From positions 22,855,168-22,919,167 of the forward strand of contig OZ316892.1 in NCBI GenBank assembly GCA_973895155.1: 64,000 bases of DNA, read 5' to 3'. The position numbers and the translations under genes are program-made. The stretch's first letter is position 1; every line of letters begins with the position of its first letter. Positions 61,601-64,000 of the stretch are shown here, piece by piece. Under the pieces are notes generated by a model. The model did no database searches and had not been told where the DNA came from. It worked only from the letters and a program-made list of their open reading frames with translations. The stretch is from Marsupella aquatica (lineage: Eukaryota > Plantae > Marchantiophyta).

Positions 61601-63548
61601 TGGTGGGTATGGAGGGCCAAGACCCCCAAAATTGATCACTCCCGGTACCTTTCGATGCTTTGAAGGAGAGATTAGTAGCAAACAGATAATTGAGATCTTG
61701 AAGGACGTTGAAGAGGAGCGTGTCTTGCTGAAGAAGGATATCACCAACAAATCAGAGCTTGTCGCAATGGGAGACTTGGCCCTTACAATCAAGATAATGT
61801 CCAAATTGAGAACAGTCATTATTGGCTATTTCGTGGAAAAGTATCGTGAGAAGTTTCCTGTTGGCACATCTTGGGAGTCTCTGGTGATATTGTTGCCTTC
61901 CTTGAAATCTGAGCTTGAGATGACAAAATTGAGGAGAGCAGCGGGTGAGGTTTACCTCAACAATTCATTGAAGAAGAATGTGGTCAAGGAGAGTTTCCCA
62001 CAAAGTCTGATGGTCAGACTAGATGGGTTGTTATGTAAAGAATTTGGTGGGATTGGTCGTTCTCGCACGGAGCCTTTCTTGACATTTTTTAGTGAGAATT
62101 TGATGAAGACGACCGTGCCGGAAATGCTACAAGAGCCTTCGCCTTTGTGTCCTCTTGCCATTGTTGACTTCAGTAGGCTTCGACAACATGTTTGGACCGA
62201 TGCTGAAATTATTGCATTACTGCAATACATTGTGGATCTTCCAAGAAATCCAACAATTGTTGTTGTCATGACTGTGCATCCGGGGCCACTTGCTGCAAAC
62301 ATTTTGAGTGCCCTTAGGAAATTGCAACATGAAAAGGGAATGGACATCCACGTCGACTACGGGAGCTATCGACGGAGTGATACACCAGTTCCAGAGGGCT
62401 TACTTTTCAGTTGTGGTATGGAGGAGATAATCTTTGCAGGAATCACCACTGAGGAGAAATTTGATTGGAAGCAAGTGTTCAGGCCTGGATTTAATTGCCA
62501 ATTTTCTTACAATTCGGCGATCGACCCTGATTTCCAAGTGGAAGACAAGACGGAGAAGCAAGATAAGAATAAGAGTAAGACAAGTAAGGAGACAGAGACT
62601 GAGTCAACTTCGGCATTTCACATTGGAGATTTCTTACGAAAGGCTCCCATGTTTGAGATGGTGGGAAGTAGAGGTGGCTTTGTGAATATTCACGCTAAGC
62701 CAAAATGTATGCTGCAGAGTATTATTGAATTTTTTTCGGCTGAAGGGGAGACTATACTTGACTTTTTCTCGGGAGGACAGGTTATGAAGGTGTCATTGTT
62801 GTGTTTCAGAGAATGCTTTGTGTATTCAGACACTAAGGATGAATATGATTTCACTCAGGCATATGGAAGGGTTCTCTGCGTGAAAGTTCCTTCCATAATG
62901 AGTGACCGGATGGGCGGTTCCAAATTTGGTAGAGCCCGCGATGGGGTTTCCGTGCATGTTGGTGCCAAAGAAGGCGTAGACCAGGGCGAAGATGATATTG
63001 AGGAAGGAGAATTGGGTCACGACACAGACGACAGGGTCACCCAAAATTTGGATGAACGTGGAACACAAGTGGTAGGTATTCCCTACTTTGGTGTGGGGTT
63101 GGCTAATGTTGTGGGTCGACCTGAGGGCGACCCACCAAGAAATCCCTTTGCCGGTGTAGAGAATTGGATGCACCAATCGGACCCAGATCTTACATCGTCC
63201 ACATCGGATGCACATTGGAAGGCAACCGCAGATGGTCTAGGCAATATTGACGCAGTAGAATTGGGAGAAATGTTAGACATTGGGCTTGCAAAGGAGGATG
63301 ATCGTCAAGTACCTGAGACCGCTGCAAATGAAGAAGAGAAGGCAGGTGCTTCAAATCCTCCCCTGTCTCCTCTATATTGCTCATCAGAGACTAAATTGGT
63401 TTTTACAAGTGCTTCTACAGGAAGCCCCATAGTATTATCATTTTCACAAAATTCTGGATCTGAGATCGGCAAGACTGGATATATGAAAACAGTCCGTCCT
63501 GCAACTCATTTTATATGGAGAAATGGACCAAATGGAACAATTTGCTAA
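58662..63548 (+). CDS. Spliced transposon-borne gene: ParB/Srx-like domain plus N6A/N4C DNA methyltransferase-like domain (at least one frameshift; possibly a pseudogene)
   Basis: Exons 58662-58830, 59597-61123 and 61458-63548 with GT-AG junctions in matching phase. Frameshift(s) at 60365-60480. ParB-like: FDIPVKSINPP..YR...FLAISGQHSARAA. MTase-like: HAKPKCMLQSIIEFFSAEGETILDFFSGG. The 3' end may splice further. Confidence 0.65.
59057..59425 (+). repeat. ~65-bp tandem array (~6 copies) carrying the palindrome GCCTCGCCC-TTG-GGGCGAGGC
   Basis: Palindrome starts at 59059, 59125, 59190, 59254, 59318 and 59383. The array lies in predicted intron 1. Confidence 0.95.
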
Positions 63549-64000
63549 CATAGTGGAGGAAGGGTTTGACCCAGGTATACTTTGGATCTAAAAAATGGCA
63601 ATTGAATGTAATTAATGTTTTTCTAGGAGGGTCGCCCCAGGGTCGTTCCTCTCTACTTCAAATGCTATAACAAAGTTTGTTTGATTTCAAATTTTGAGAG
63701 TTTTCCTCCGTAGTAATTGTTTAAACTTTGAGTTGCATTGACTAAGGGCTTATGTTAATGTTTCCAGAATTCACTCCAATACTACACTCTCCAATTCGGC
63801 GAAAGCTCTTGGTTCTTGACCTTAACAAGATTTGTTGGGATTGCATTAAGACCAAAAGCTCAGGACCATGGCGAAATCAGACAAGTTTACGTGGTGTGCA
63901 CTGGGGGAGACGTGGAGGGTTTAATTTCATGTATGTGGAGCGCCCATACCTCCACGAATTTCTATATGCAGCTTTCATGGTTTTTGACGTCGCAATTTGG

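Larger units (their letters stand above)
52724..64000. mobile_element. Large DNA transposon (Sola/DUF7869-like transposase plus divergent ParB-MTase-like gene); ends not determined
   Basis: Divergent pair of non-host genes with two palindromic repeat arrays. The left boundary is a guess (a CACTA pentamer at 52724 at the start of an AT-rich tract). The right end is probably outside the window. Confidence 0.65.

Overview
Eukaryotic nuclear DNA from a land plant, most likely a bryophyte and probably a liverwort (inferred from the 2-Cys peroxiredoxin, the type-D LTP and the gene structures). Five host genes can be rebuilt by hand: a multi-exon DUF482/FemAB-like GNAT protein (-), a 7-exon chloroplast 2-Cys peroxiredoxin (+), an intronless DUF2921 membrane protein (+), a type-D lipid transfer protein (-) and a ~1440-aa LEA-like hydrophilin (-). 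Intergenic DNA holds tRNA-derived SINEs with target-site duplications (TSDs), Tourist- and Mutator-like MITEs and many local tandem duplications. The most unusual region is ~52.7-64 kb, a large, probably decaying DNA transposon that runs off the window end. It carries a Sola/DUF7869-like DDD transposase with three N-terminal TNP1/EnSpm-like repeats. Transcribed divergently from it is a spliced gene fusing a ParB/Srx-like domain to a bacterial-type beta-class N6A/N4C DNA-methyltransferase-like domain. Two different arrays of operator-like palindromes are present, one upstream of the transposase and one confined to the introns of the ParB-MTase gene. All domain calls come from motif recognition by eye; no database searches were run.
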